A stretch of 64,000 nucleotides of DNA, taken from assembly GCA_030059665.1 (NCBI GenBank), contig JANVYR010000001.1, forward strand, positions 39,203 through 103,202. Reading direction: 5' to 3'. Numbering within the stretch: position 1 is the stretch's first letter; each line of letters starts with the position of its first letter. The stretch is from Candidatus Calditenuis fumarioli (GTDB taxonomy: Archaea; Thermoproteota; Nitrososphaeria_A; Caldarchaeales; Calditenuaceae). The position numbers and the translations under genes were made by a program. The notes below the pieces were generated by a model. It did no database searches and was not told where the DNA came from. It saw nothing but the letters and a program-made list of their open reading frames with translations. This document shows positions 27,949 through 37,567 of this stretch, piece after piece.

Positions 27949-29268
27949 TCACCTCAAAGCCTCCACCACCTCCTGGGCCTCCTCCAGCAGCGCCTCCACG
28001 TCAACCCCCACAAGACTGTGGTCGCGGACCACGAACTCGCCGGCGACGATCAGGTGCTCTGCGGTCGAGGTGATGTCGCCGTACGCGAGGGCCTGTACCG
28101 GGTCGCCAAGGGGCAGGAGCCCCACGGATCTTCGCAGGTCGAAGACCGCCAGGTCAGCGGGACCGCCCACCGTGATCCTCCCCGCACCCCTGACGCCGGC
28201 GACCTCCGACGCACTGGTGGTTGTCAGCGAGAGGACGGAGCCTGACGAGAACGCGGCCGGGTCCGACGAGAGGTCCTTGAGGAGGAGAGCCAGGAACGCC
28301 GCCGCCCTGAGCGGGCTGAAGGACCTCGAGGATGGACCTCCGTCGGTCCCGACGCAGAGCCTCACTCCAGACCTGATCAGCTCGAGGTAACGGCCCTTGA
28401 CCGAGAGGCCCTTTCCCTTCATCGCACCGGAGACCGGACAGACCACAACACCCGATCCGGACCGCGCTATCCTTGAGACGTCTTCGGAGTCGAGGTATAC
28501 GGCATGGACCAAGACGGTGTCCCGGTCGAGGACGCCGAGCGACTCGAGGTACCGGATGGGCGTCATGCCTGTCCTGGAAGCGACCCGCTCGACTTCTGAG
28601 AGCGTCGATGCCGCGTGGACGTAGATCCGCCAACCCCTCTCCGAGGCAACCCTCTTCGCCTCCCTGATCAATTCGGGGGAGCAGGTGGACGCCGAGATCG
28701 GCGCCAGGCCACAGCTCACCCTGCCCTTGAACTCGCCGACGGACCTCTCCAGCTCGTCCGCGACCCTGACGACCTCGTCCGGACTCGTCCTGTTGAACTC
28801 GGGTAGGTCCCACAGCCAGGGACACAGGATCGACCTGAGCCTGATCCGCCTGAGCGCATCGAGGTGAGCGGAGAGGTGAACGTAACCGGCCTCGACATAG
28901 AGCGAGACGCCCTGGAGGGCCATCGTCGCCAGCTGCAGCTCGACCGCTACCCGCTCCGCCCGCTCGTCAAGGGAAGCGTGGTAGGGCATCGCGTACCTCG
29001 CCATCCATTCGTCGGGTGCCACCGTGTCGGGGAAGAGGAAGGCCGCCAACCTCTCCCTCGAGTGGACGTGAGCGTCGATCAGCCCCGGCACCACAACCCT
29101 TCCCTTACCGCCCACGACGAGCTCCGGCCTGTGGGCCTCGATCACCTCCCTCGCGGGACCCAGACCGATAACCCTCCCCTGCTCGATCGCTACCGCGGCG
29201 TCCCTCAGCACCGGCGCGCCCGGATCCATCGCGACCACGTAATCGCCGACGACGCAGACCGTCCCCAT
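27949..29268 (-). CDS. Amidohydrolase family protein (MtaD / SAH-MTA deaminase-like or guanine-deaminase-like)
   Basis: 439 aa. An N-terminal metal-binding HVH motif (PGLIDAHVHS), then HAASTLSEVE and a C-terminal D for metal binding. Cytosine-deaminase-like TIM-barrel architecture. Confidence 0.75.
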   Translation of the reverse strand: MGTVCVVGDYVVAMDPGAPVLRDAAVAIEQGRVIGLGPAREVIEAHRPELVVGGKGRVVVPGLIDAHVHSRERLAAFLFPDTVAPDEWMARYAMPYHASLDERAERVAVELQLATMALQGVSLYVEAGYVHLSAHLDALRRIRLRSILCPWLWDLPEFNRTSPDEVVRVADELERSVGEFKGRVSCGLAPISASTCSPELIREAKRVASERGWRIYVHAASTLSEVERVASRTGMTPIRYLESLGVLDRDTVLVHAVYLDSEDVSRIARSGSGVVVCPVSGAMKGKGLSVKGRYLELIRSGVRLCVGTDGGPSSRSFSPLRAAAFLALLLKDLSSDPAAFSSGSVLSLTTTSASEVAGVRGAGRITVGGPADLAVFDLRRSVGLLPLGDPVQALAYGDITSTAEHLIVAGEFVVRDHSLVGVDVEALLEEAQEVVEALR

Positions 29269-29347
29269 GCCCGCTGTGGATGAAGATGCAATTCAAAACC
29301 GTCTCCAGGAAACGCAAATATACCCTTCACACAGCAGGTGACTCGCG

Positions 29348-30760
29348 ATGCCGAACAACAACGTGAACAAGGTCGTTCTCGATGAGGACGGCATACCGAA
29401 GGAGTGGTACAACATCCTGCCCGACCTTCCGGTACCTCTGCCGCCGCCTATCAACCCGGCTACGCGGGAACCGGTCAAGCCGCAGGACCTCGAGAGGGTC
29501 TTCGCGAAGGAGCTGATCAGGCAGGAGGTTAGCCAGGAGAGGTGGATACCGATACCGGAGGAGGTGAGGGAGGTCTACAGGATCTGGAGGCCGACGCCCC
29601 TCTACAGGGCGAGGAGGCTCGAGCAGTACCTGAAGACGCCCGCCAGGATCTACTACAAGTTCGAGGGCGTAAGTCCACCGGGCTCCCACAAGCCGAACAC
29701 CGCCGTGGCGCAGGCGTACTACAACATGAAGGAGGGGATCGAGAGGCTCACGACCGAGACCGGTGCGGGACAGTGGGGCTCGTCGCTTGCGTTCGCCACG
29801 ATGCTCTTCGGCCTCAAGTGCACCGTCTACATGGTCAGGGCCTCCTACAACCAGAAGCCGTACAGGGCCATCCTGATGAGGAGCTGGGGAGCCGAGATCT
29901 ACCCGAGCCCGAGCGACAAGACCAACTTCGGCCGCTCGCTTTACCAGAAGGACCCGAACCACCCGGGAAGCCTGGGGATCGCCATCAGCGAGGCCCTCGA
30001 GGACGCCGTCACCCACGACAACACCAGGTACTCCCTGGGTTCGGTGCTGAACCACGTCCTAATGCACCAAACGGTTCAGGGGCTCGAGGCGAAGAGGCAG
30101 CTGGAGATGCTCGACGAGTACCCTGACATAGTGGCCGGATGCGTCGGAGGAGGGAGCTCCTTCTCAGGGCTTTTCTGGCCGTTCTACTACGACGTTTACG
30201 TCTCGAAGAAGGCCCCGAAGAAGACCAAGTTCGTCGCCACAGAGCCCACGGCGTGCCCCACGATGACGAAGGGGATCTACACCTACGACTTCGGTGACAC
30301 CGCGAAGATGACGCCTCTGCTGCCGATGTACACGCTCGGATCGGACTTCATCCCGGCACCGATCCACGCCGGCGGCCTCAGGTACCACGGCGACGCGCCG
30401 ACGCTCTGCCTCCTCCTGAAGAAGGGGTACATCGAGCCCCACGCTTACAACCAGGTCGAGGTCTTCCAGGCGGCAACGATCTTCGCGAGGACCGAGGGGA
30501 TAATTCCGGCGCCGGAGCCCTCCCACACCATCAAGTACGTCATAGACGAGGCCCGCAGGTGCAAGCAGACAGGAGAGGAGAAGGTGATCCTCTTCAACCT
30601 CTGCGGCCACGGCTACTTCGACCTGCAGGCGTACCTCGACTTCTTCGAGGGGAAGCTCCAGCCCTTCGACTACCCGGAGGAGGCCATCAGGAGGTCCATA
30701 GAGCGCCTGAAGAGCGAGTTGCCCTGGATCGACCAGCTGCCCTACCTCAAGAACCTCTGA
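29348..30760 (+). CDS. trpB2: TrpB-like PLP-dependent enzyme (tryptophan synthase beta chain 2, TrpB2 family)
   Basis: 470 aa. The PLP lysine region SHKPNTAV and GGGS loop ([12 protein letters not shown]) are present. It has the longer TrpB2-type N- and C-terminal extensions and no neighbouring trpA. Confidence 0.8.
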   Translation: MPNNNVNKVVLDEDGIPKEWYNILPDLPVPLPPPINPATREPVKPQDLERVFAKELIRQEVSQERWIPIPEEVREVYRIWRPTPLYRARRLEQYLKTPARIYYKFEGVSPPGSHKPNTAVAQAYYNMKEGIERLTTETGAGQWGSSLAFATMLFGLKCTVYMVRASYNQKPYRAILMRSWGAEIYPSPSDKTNFGRSLYQKDPNHPGSLGIAISEALEDAVTHDNTRYSLGSVLNHVLMHQTVQGLEAKRQLEMLDEYPDIVAGCVGGGSSFSGLFWPFYYDVYVSKKAPKKTKFVATEPTACPTMTKGIYTYDFGDTAKMTPLLPMYTLGSDFIPAPIHAGGLRYHGDAPTLCLLLKKGYIEPHAYNQVEVFQAATIFARTEGIIPAPEPSHTIKYVIDEARRCKQTGEEKVILFNLCGHGYFDLQAYLDFFEGKLQPFDYPEEAIRRSIERLKSELPWIDQLPYLKNL

Positions 30761-30802
30761 CCGCGACCTGTTCGGCAGCTTTTTTCAGCGCGCATTTCCC
30801 CA

Positions 30803-32095
30803 TCAGAAGACGAAGGACTCGGGCTCAGCCCTTCTCCCCCTTATCCCCAGCCAGGAGACAGGGACCCTCTCGCCGGTGTAAAGGACGAACTCCTCCTCGC
30901 CCAGCAGGAGGGAGGTGACGGCCCTTCCTATGGCGTCGCACTTCATCACCCCGGAACCGCTGCCCCCGGTCGCTACCACCATGTTCATCGACCTGAAGAC
31001 GATGGGGTTCTCGTCGATCGTGTTGATCGAGTAGCAACCGGCCCACATGCTGGTGGGTCTGACGTCCTTGAGGACCGGGAAGATCTTGCTGACCATCGGG
31101 TAGATGTTGTCGTAGTAGAAGCTCTCCTCCGGCGTGAAGTCGATCCCCCATGGCCTCCCCACGTCGTCGCTGTACCCGAGCCAGAGGGCCCTCTCCCTGA
31201 CGCGGGGTGCGACGTATGGGCCTCTGGGGACGAACGTCATCGGCATCGAGCGGTGGCCGTTGAAGCCATCGACGTCGAAGAACTTCGCCAGCTCTCCGCG
31301 CGCCTCGACCGAGAAGACCTGCCTCTTCTTCGGCTTGACGTGCGAGTCTATCCCGAGGGGGTCCAGCAGCTGGTTGACCCATGCGCCCGCTGCGACCACG
31401 ACGTTCTCCGCGGAGACGTCTCCGTTGTCCGTCTCGATCGCTCCGACCCTCTTCGCCTGCCAGGCCAGAGGCTCCCGCGGGTGACCGATGCTGATCACCG
31501 GGCTCAGCCTCAGGCGCTTGACGGTGGTCCCGAACCGGAACTCGACGCCTTTGTCCAGCAGGTCCCTGTAGTAGTGTGCCACGAGCTTCTCGACGTCGAG
31601 GTAGCCGGAGCTCGGTGAGAAGACGGCGGCCTCCACGTCCCTCATCCCCAGAAGCTGCGCCTCCTCGTCGTCCCCGAAACGCAATTTCATCCAGGGAACC
31701 ATGGATCCGAGCTCGTCTGCACCCATCACCCGGGCGTTCCCCTTCCTGACGAACTCCTCGATCGCTGCGGAGTTACTCTCAAGCGCCTCCGAGTCGAGCA
31801 GTATCAGGTACCCTATGGGATGCATGCCAAGGTCGACGCCGGACCTCTGAAGGTCCTCGAAGAAGGCCACGGTGGACTCGGAGAGGAGACGGTTGAGGTT
31901 GGAGGTGAATATCCCCTTCCGGTAGCCGCCGACGCTCCTGCCGGTGTTCCCCTGACCTGGGCCGCTGAGGGCATCGAGGACCACCACCTTCCCGCCAGCC
32001 CTCCTGACGTAGTGGTACGCCGAGGCGAGCCCGAAGATCCCAGCTCCTATCACTGCGAGGTCGTATCTCTCCAACCCGGTTAAGGGAAACCTCAC
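30803..32095 (-). CDS. FAD-dependent oxidoreductase (DAO family, sarcosine/glycine/D-amino-acid oxidase-like)
   Basis: 430 aa. The N-terminal dinucleotide-binding motif is DLAVIGAGIFGLASA. Confidence 0.75.
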   Translation of the reverse strand: MRFPLTGLERYDLAVIGAGIFGLASAYHYVRRAGGKVVVLDALSGPGQGNTGRSVGGYRKGIFTSNLNRLLSESTVAFFEDLQRSGVDLGMHPIGYLILLDSEALESNSAAIEEFVRKGNARVMGADELGSMVPWMKLRFGDDEEAQLLGMRDVEAAVFSPSSGYLDVEKLVAHYYRDLLDKGVEFRFGTTVKRLRLSPVISIGHPREPLAWQAKRVGAIETDNGDVSAENVVVAAGAWVNQLLDPLGIDSHVKPKKRQVFSVEARGELAKFFDVDGFNGHRSMPMTFVPRGPYVAPRVRERALWLGYSDDVGRPWGIDFTPEESFYYDNIYPMVSKIFPVLKDVRPTSMWAGCYSINTIDENPIVFRSMNMVVATGGSGSGVMKCDAIGRAVTSLLLGEEEFVLYTGERVPVSWLGIRGRRAEPESFVF

Positions 32096-32189
32096 TCGCT
32101 TATAACGGATGATTGAGAGAGCAGCATGGGGCTAAACCCACACGGTCACGCTGTCCCAGAAAATGAGAGGAGTCGAATCGGAAGACCGC

Positions 32190-33212
32190 TCAGAGCTTCA
32201 GCGGAATTCCCAGCGAGGCATCGGTCCTGGAGGCGCTCTCCCGGTACGGAACGTCCGTGACGAGGGCCCTCACGGCGTCGACGTTCTCCGGCACGACTAT
32301 CGCCTCCTGGTGGACCCCCATGAAGAACATCACCTCGTTCCCGGAGACGCTGATCGAGTCCCTCCAGACCACGACCTCGTACAGGTCCCCACGCGGCCTG
32401 CCGGCCTCCCGGGCCAACTCGATCAGGCTGGCGGTGGACTTGAAACCGACCTTGGACTCCAGCAGGAGGATCCTCCGGGAGGAAGCGAGGGCCTCGATCA
32501 CCTGGTCCCTGGTGATGCTCTGACCGGAGACCCGGCCGATGAAGGAGTGGATGTGGACCTGCGTGTTGGGGACCTTCATGGCCATCGTGACGATGTCGAA
32601 CCCCTTGATCACAGTTCGGACGTCGTCGGCGTGGTGCGATGGCACCTCCACGGGGTCGAGCACTATCGCGTTGATCGGGCCCTTCGAGACCTCCTCCGGG
32701 TCGGCGGCCCTCCTCGCGATCACAACCCGCGCTGATCCGAGACCGATGCCCTTCACCAGCGCGTTGATGACGCGGCAGAGGCCCGTCGTGTTGCACGACA
32801 CGACCCTGACGTACCTCCTGCCCCTCGCCTGGTCGTAGTTGCACTCGGCCACGAAGGAGACCTCGCCGACGTCGGCCTCCTCACCTCCCTGGAAGATCGC
32901 CGGCTTACCGAGCTCCCGGTAGAGGGAGAGGTTCTTCGCTCCGACTCCGTCGGGGGTCGCGTCGATCGTCACGTCCGAAGCCCTGACCGCGTCGGCCGTC
33001 AGTCCGGCGACCTCGATGCCCAACGAGGAGAAGGCCTGGGCCTCCTTCTCTGACGGCACGTAGATCCTGTAACCCTTAACCGCGGCCAGCCTAGCCTTGT
33101 AGTCGGCCTTCGTCTTCCCTATACCGATGAGCTCCATGTCCGTCTGCCGCGCGATCGCATCGGCCACCCTCCTCCCGATGACGCCGTACCCGTTTACGAA
33201 CACCCTCCTCAT
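32190..33212 (-). CDS. gap: Glyceraldehyde-3-phosphate dehydrogenase, archaeal type II (phosphorylating)
   Basis: 340 aa from the internal M (MRRVFVNGYGVIGRRVADAI...). The catalytic Cys is in VVSCNTTGL. The ATG overlaps the pgk stop. Confidence 0.85.
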   Translation of the reverse strand: MRRVFVNGYGVIGRRVADAIARQTDMELIGIGKTKADYKARLAAVKGYRIYVPSEKEAQAFSSLGIEVAGLTADAVRASDVTIDATPDGVGAKNLSLYRELGKPAIFQGGEEADVGEVSFVAECNYDQARGRRYVRVVSCNTTGLCRVINALVKGIGLGSARVVIARRAADPEEVSKGPINAIVLDPVEVPSHHADDVRTVIKGFDIVTMAMKVPNTQVHIHSFIGRVSGQSITRDQVIEALASSRRILLLESKVGFKSTASLIELAREAGRPRGDLYEVVVWRDSISVSGNEVMFFMGVHQEAIVVPENVDAVRALVTDVPYRESASRTDASLGIPLKL

Positions 33213-34477
33213 GCTCCTCCCCTCCCCTTGGCGACATTTGACCATGTCTCATACGAAACGGCCAGCGCCTCGAACATCGGCATCTTCTTCCCGGCCAGGT
33301 ACATGACCAGCGCACCACCTGCGGTGCTGACGTAGTCGATCCAGTCCTTGACCCCGAGCTTCTGGAGGGCAGCGTTCAGATGGCCTCCGCTGACGATCGT
33401 GATGCCGAGCGAGCTCGCGGTCGCCTGCAGTATCTCGTAGGTCCCGTAGGAGAAGCGGTCGTCCTCGAAGACTCCTGGTGGGCCGCTGACGAAGACGGTG
33501 CCGGCGCTCTTGATCAGCCTGACGTACCTCCTGACGGTCGCTGAACCTATGTCCCTCACCTGGGTCGGGTCCTCGATGGAGCTCACCGGCAGCTCGACGC
33601 GCTCGCCGTTCCTCTCGACCGCAAGGTCCTCCGGCAGCTCGAACTTCTCGTCGTACTTCTGGTAGATCGTTCTCGCCTTCTCGACCATCTGCTCCTCGTT
33701 CTGGAGGTTCAGCTTGCCCTTGATCTTGCCGACGGCCTTCAGGAAGACCAGCGCGATCAGCCCGGTCAGCAGGATCTTGTCGGCCTTCCCTCCCTGTATC
33801 AGGGCCTCCATAGCCTCGAGCCTGTCCCTCACCTTCGCACCGCCCAGGACCGTCACGAAGGGAGCCTTCATCACCGACTGGATCTTGCGGAGCGACTTCA
33901 GCTCCTTCATCACCAGCCTGCCTGCCATGGTCGGCTTCACCTTCGCGAACCCCACGATGGAGGGATGGGCCCTGTGGGCGGTGGGGAATGCGTCGAGGAC
34001 GCAGAAGTCGATCACGGACGAGAGCCTCCGGACGAAGTGGGTCCTCATAGCCTCATCGATGGTGAACTCGAAGTTCTCCTCGGCCGCGAACCTTAGGTTG
34101 TCGAGGACGAGGACCTCGCCGTCGCTGAGCGACCTGATCTCCTGAAGCGCAGCCCTCCCCATCACGTCGTCCACAAATTTCACCGGCCTCCCCAGGTACT
34201 CCTCGAGGATCCTGGCGTGCTGCTCGAGGGAGACGTAGTCGTGACCTCCGACCCTGCCCTGATGGGAGGCGACGACGACCTTCGACCTGGCCAGGTCCCT
34301 CAGCGTGACAGCCGCCTCGGCTATCCGCGAGTTGTCCATGATCTTCCCGGTCCTGGGATCTATAGAGCTGTTCATGTCGGCCCTCACGAAGACCGTCTTC
34401 CCCTCGAGGTCGAAATCGTCCAATGTGAGAACGTTCGCGTTCGCTGAGGACAACACAGGCACCCCTTGCAGTTTCAA
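33209..34477 (-). CDS. pgk: Phosphoglycerate kinase
   Basis: 422 aa. The PGK N-domain is (FVRADMNS...), the hinge is GGAKV, and the C-domain nucleotide site is GGG (VSGGHLN). It forms the classic archaeal pgk-gap operon. Confidence 0.9.
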   Translation of the reverse strand: MKLQGVPVLSSANANVLTLDDFDLEGKTVFVRADMNSSIDPRTGKIMDNSRIAEAAVTLRDLARSKVVVASHQGRVGGHDYVSLEQHARILEEYLGRPVKFVDDVMGRAALQEIRSLSDGEVLVLDNLRFAAEENFEFTIDEAMRTHFVRRLSSVIDFCVLDAFPTAHRAHPSIVGFAKVKPTMAGRLVMKELKSLRKIQSVMKAPFVTVLGGAKVRDRLEAMEALIQGGKADKILLTGLIALVFLKAVGKIKGKLNLQNEEQMVEKARTIYQKYDEKFELPEDLAVERNGERVELPVSSIEDPTQVRDIGSATVRRYVRLIKSAGTVFVSGPPGVFEDDRFSYGTYEILQATASSLGITIVSGGHLNAALQKLGVKDWIDYVSTAGGALVMYLAGKKMPMFEALAVSYETWSNVAKGRGGA

Positions 34478-34617
34478 CTCACTCCATCCAAGTGATAAGT
34501 GTTTGTGTCAGTTCGGGCATCACTCTTCATCCCCGAAGGTCAGAAATACCCGCTCACTTCATCCACGTGATCTACTGTGAAGCCGTCTAATGAACGTTCC
34601 ACGGAACGGTTCTCCGG

Positions 34618-37335
34618 TTACGGAGACCTGAGGCGTTTGAGCAGCTCGATGCTGGCGAAGGTGACCACTCCTCCGAGAACGCACCACAGCACGTCTTCCG
34701 GTGTCGGCACAGTGAGGTGGAGCAGCTCCCTCGTAACCGGAACCGATACGAGGACCGTGATCAGGATAAGCTCCCAGATCACCGAGAGCACCAACCACCT
34801 GTGCGGCCTCACCCTGAAGACCGTATGCCTCAGTGACCTGCAGTTGAGGGCGACGACTAGCTCGATCGCGATGAATAGCAGGAATAGCCTGGTCCTGGCC
34901 GCATCGATGCCGTTCGGGAGGGCGAAGTAGAACGCGGCTATCAGCAGGGGCGACTCGACCACGACCGCCCTCACCAGGAAGCCGACGACCTCGGAGCTCA
35001 GCACTCCTTCCCCCCTCCTCGGTGGAGGTCTCCTCATCAGGTCCGGATCCGGTGGGCTGACGCCCAGCGCGAGGGCCGGCAATCCGTCCGTGGCCAGATT
35101 GATGTACAGGACGTGGACCGGCAGAAGGGCCAGCGACTCCTCTCCCGAGTATCCGAGGGCCCTCAATATCACGAGAGTCGTGACGGAGAGGACGACGATC
35201 TCGACGAGGTTCGCCTGGAGCAGGTACGCCAGGTACTTCTTGATGTTGTCGAAGATCCACCTCCCCAGCTCGATCGCCTTCACCAACGTCGACAGGCTGT
35301 CGTCCGTGAGTATGATGTCGGAGGCCTCCTTCGCCACCTCGGTCCCCCTCATCCCCATTGCAACACCTATGTCGGCCCTCTTCAGGGCTGGAGCGTCGTT
35401 GACCCCGTCACCGGTCATCGCAACGATGTAGTCCTTACGCTTCCAGGCCTCGACGATCTTCAGCTTCTGGGACGGCGTGGTCCTGGCGTAGACCCTGACG
35501 CGCTCCACGACCTCTGCCAGCTCTTCGGCCGACATCCGCTCGAGCTCCTTCCCCGTCAGGACGAGGTCCACGTCGATCCCGCACTCCCGTGCGATCGAGA
35601 CGGCTGTGAGCCTGTGGTCACCGGTTATCATGACAGGTATGACGCCTGCCGATTTGGCGGAGGATATGGCCTCAATCGCCCCTGGCCTCGGCGGATCGAT
35701 CATGCCCACGAGCCCCAGCAGGACCAGCGAGGACTCGGGGTCGTCGTCGGGCCCCGCCATCTCCTTGTAAGCCACCGCCAGCACCCTCATCCCCTCGGAG
35801 GCCAGCTGCTCGCTCACCTGAAGGACCCTCATCCTCTCGGCCTCGTCGAGCGGCCTCACCACACCGTCGCGCATGACCCGATCGCACCTAGAGAGAACGA
35901 CCTCGACCGCGCCCTTCACGTGAGAGACCAGCTTTCCATCGACCAGGTTGACCGTGCTCATCATCATCCTGTCGCTGGTGAAGGGCCTCTCCGAGACGCG
36001 CGGCGCAGCAGACCTGACCTCCTCGGGATCGATCCCTGTTCTCTTCGCGAGGACGAGGAGTGCCACCTCCGTCGGGTCTCCCGAGTGCTGGTGTTTGCCG
36101 TCAGGGGAGTGAAGCCTCGCGTCGTTGCAGAGGACGACCGCCCTGAGCAGGCTCCTGAGCGTGGGAGATTCCGGGGTGTAGGCCGAGCCGTCCTCTGAGA
36201 CCAGACCACGATCGGAGTCCCTCAGCAGCCTGTCGTCGACGTAGACCGCCCTCACCACCTGCTCACCCTTGGTCAGGGTGCCCGTCTTGTCGAAGCACAT
36301 CACCTGCGTTGATCCGAGGCTCTCGACCGCCGAAAGCCTCCTGACCAGCGCTCCGTGCTTGGCGAGCGTCCAGGCACCGATGGCGAGGGACGCGGTCACG
36401 ATCGCCGGCAGCGCCTCCGGAACTGCGGCCACCGCGAGGGCGACACTGAACAGGAAGACCTCCAGCAGGAAGCCGAGGCTCGCGTCACCTGCGATAAGGG
36501 ATTCGATGAGCTCGACGACGAAGAGGACCGCGATGATCGCGAGCGCCAGAATGCCGAACTTTTTGCCGAGGTCCTCCATGCGTGCCTCGAGCGGCGTCCT
36601 CTCCTCCCGCATCTGACCCGTGAACTCGGCGATCCTCCCCAGCTCCGTCGATTTGCCTGTGGCGGTGACCACCGCCTTCCCCTTTCCGGAGACGACGAGG
36701 GTTCCGGCGTAAACCACGTTCACCCTGTCGGCCATCGGCGTCTCCTCAGGCAGGGGGTCTGTCCTCTTGTCGACGGGGACCGACTCACCGGTCAGGGGCG
36801 ACTCGTCCACGCGGAGCCCGACCGACTCTATCACCCGCGCATCGGCAGCCACTATGTCTCCCTCCGACAGCACCAGAACGTCGCCCGGGACCACGTCCTC
36901 AGACGGTATCACCTGGACGGAGCCGTCCCTGAGCACCTTGCACCTGGGAGCCGTCAGCTCCCTCAGCTTCTCCAGCGCGCGCTCCGCCCTGTACTCCTGC
37001 AAAAAGCCCATCACCCCGATGAAGATCAGGATGACGCCGATCACGGCCGCCTCGATCACGTCACCCAGCAGCGCGCTGATCGCGGTCGCAGCCAGCAGTA
37101 TCAGCACCAGCACGCTCCTGTACTGGTTCAGGAAGACCATCACGGGGTTCGGCCGCCTGACCTCGACGATCGCGTTGGGTCCGTGGATCCTCCTCCGGCG
37201 CTCGACCTCCTCGACCCTCAGCCCAGTCGCTGGATCGACGCCGAGCGCCCCGACCACCTCCTCGACCGTCATGCTGTGGTAGGCCCGACGGACCTCCGCC
37301 ATCTCCTCCCCGACCCGGTCCGACGCCCCTCTCAA
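34618..37335 (-). CDS. P-type cation-transporting ATPase (type IIA/IIB-like, Ca2+/cation)
   Basis: 905 aa. TGES, DKTGTLT phosphorylation site, TGDGVNDAPALKRADIGVAMG and ten predicted TM helices. The TTG start is at 37335; an alternative is the internal MAEVRRAYHSMTVEEV 11 codons downstream. Confidence 0.9.
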   Translation of the reverse strand: MRGASDRVGEEMAEVRRAYHSMTVEEVVGALGVDPATGLRVEEVERRRRIHGPNAIVEVRRPNPVMVFLNQYRSVLVLILLAATAISALLGDVIEAAVIGVILIFIGVMGFLQEYRAERALEKLRELTAPRCKVLRDGSVQVIPSEDVVPGDVLVLSEGDIVAADARVIESVGLRVDESPLTGESVPVDKRTDPLPEETPMADRVNVVYAGTLVVSGKGKAVVTATGKSTELGRIAEFTGQMREERTPLEARMEDLGKKFGILALAIIAVLFVVELIESLIAGDASLGFLLEVFLFSVALAVAAVPEALPAIVTASLAIGAWTLAKHGALVRRLSAVESLGSTQVMCFDKTGTLTKGEQVVRAVYVDDRLLRDSDRGLVSEDGSAYTPESPTLRSLLRAVVLCNDARLHSPDGKHQHSGDPTEVALLVLAKRTGIDPEEVRSAAPRVSERPFTSDRMMMSTVNLVDGKLVSHVKGAVEVVLSRCDRVMRDGVVRPLDEAERMRVLQVSEQLASEGMRVLAVAYKEMAGPDDDPESSLVLLGLVGMIDPPRPGAIEAISSAKSAGVIPVMITGDHRLTAVSIARECGIDVDLVLTGKELERMSAEELAEVVERVRVYARTTPSQKLKIVEAWKRKDYIVAMTGDGVNDAPALKRADIGVAMGMRGTEVAKEASDIILTDDSLSTLVKAIELGRWIFDNIKKYLAYLLQANLVEIVVLSVTTLVILRALGYSGEESLALLPVHVLYINLATDGLPALALGVSPPDPDLMRRPPPRRGEGVLSSEVVGFLVRAVVVESPLLIAAFYFALPNGIDAARTRLFLLFIAIELVVALNCRSLRHTVFRVRPHRWLVLSVIWELILITVLVSVPVTRELLHLTVPTPEDVLWCVLGGVVTFASIELLKRLRSP

Positions 37336-37387
37336 AACGTTACCCCAAATCTTCGCTGATGGACCTTTCCGCCGTCGCCTCGCTGCG

Positions 37388-37401
37388 TTAAACTTTAAGG
37401 C
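37388..37401 (+). promoter_or_regulatory. Putative archaeal BRE/TATA promoter for tRNA-Gly
   Basis: gttaaactttaagg is centred about 30 nt upstream of the tRNA 5' end. Coordinates are approximate (plus or minus 2 nt). Confidence 0.5.
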
Positions 37402-37425
37402 TCGAGGAAGGAGCTCCGATCCGGC

Positions 37426-37499
37426 GGCCGTCGTCTAGCCTGGTAGGACGGCGGGGCCCCGGCCCGCAGATCCCGGGTTCAAATCCCGGCGGCCGCATA
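37426..37499 (+). tRNA. tRNA, anticodon CCC (Gly?), 74 nt, no intron; atypical anticodon loop
   Basis: Manual cloverleaf:
- Acceptor gcggccg/cggccgc, U8.
- D-stem gtct/ggac with a GG-containing D-loop.
- Anticodon stem gcggg/cccgc with loop gcCCCgg.
- T-arm ccggg-ttcaaat-cccgg, discriminator A.
Position 33 is C and position 37 is G, both unusual, so the isotype is tentative. Coordinates are plus or minus 2 nt. Confidence 0.6.
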
Positions 37500-37567
37500 T
37501 GCTTCTAGAAACGACATCCGTGAAGGTTCTAGAGGCGAGCTGAGCGCCGTTGCTCGGTCGTTAAAGA

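Noticed and set aside
34478-34617. Possible C/D-box sRNA in the pgk-P-type ATPase spacer (gtgataag ... ctga)
   Set aside because: The C-box is imperfect (GTGATAA rather than RUGAUGA) and no matching D'/C' pair was found, so it is not convincing.
35113-37359. Two long plus-strand ORFs (361 and 334 aa)
   Set aside because: Antisense to the P-type ATPase gene; shadow ORFs.
37503-37537. Two copies of ttctaga with weak flanking complementarity just 3' of tRNA-Gly
   Set aside because: Only a 6-7-nt palindromic core is shared, and the flanking stem is 4 bp at most. This is too weak to call an att site or terminator.
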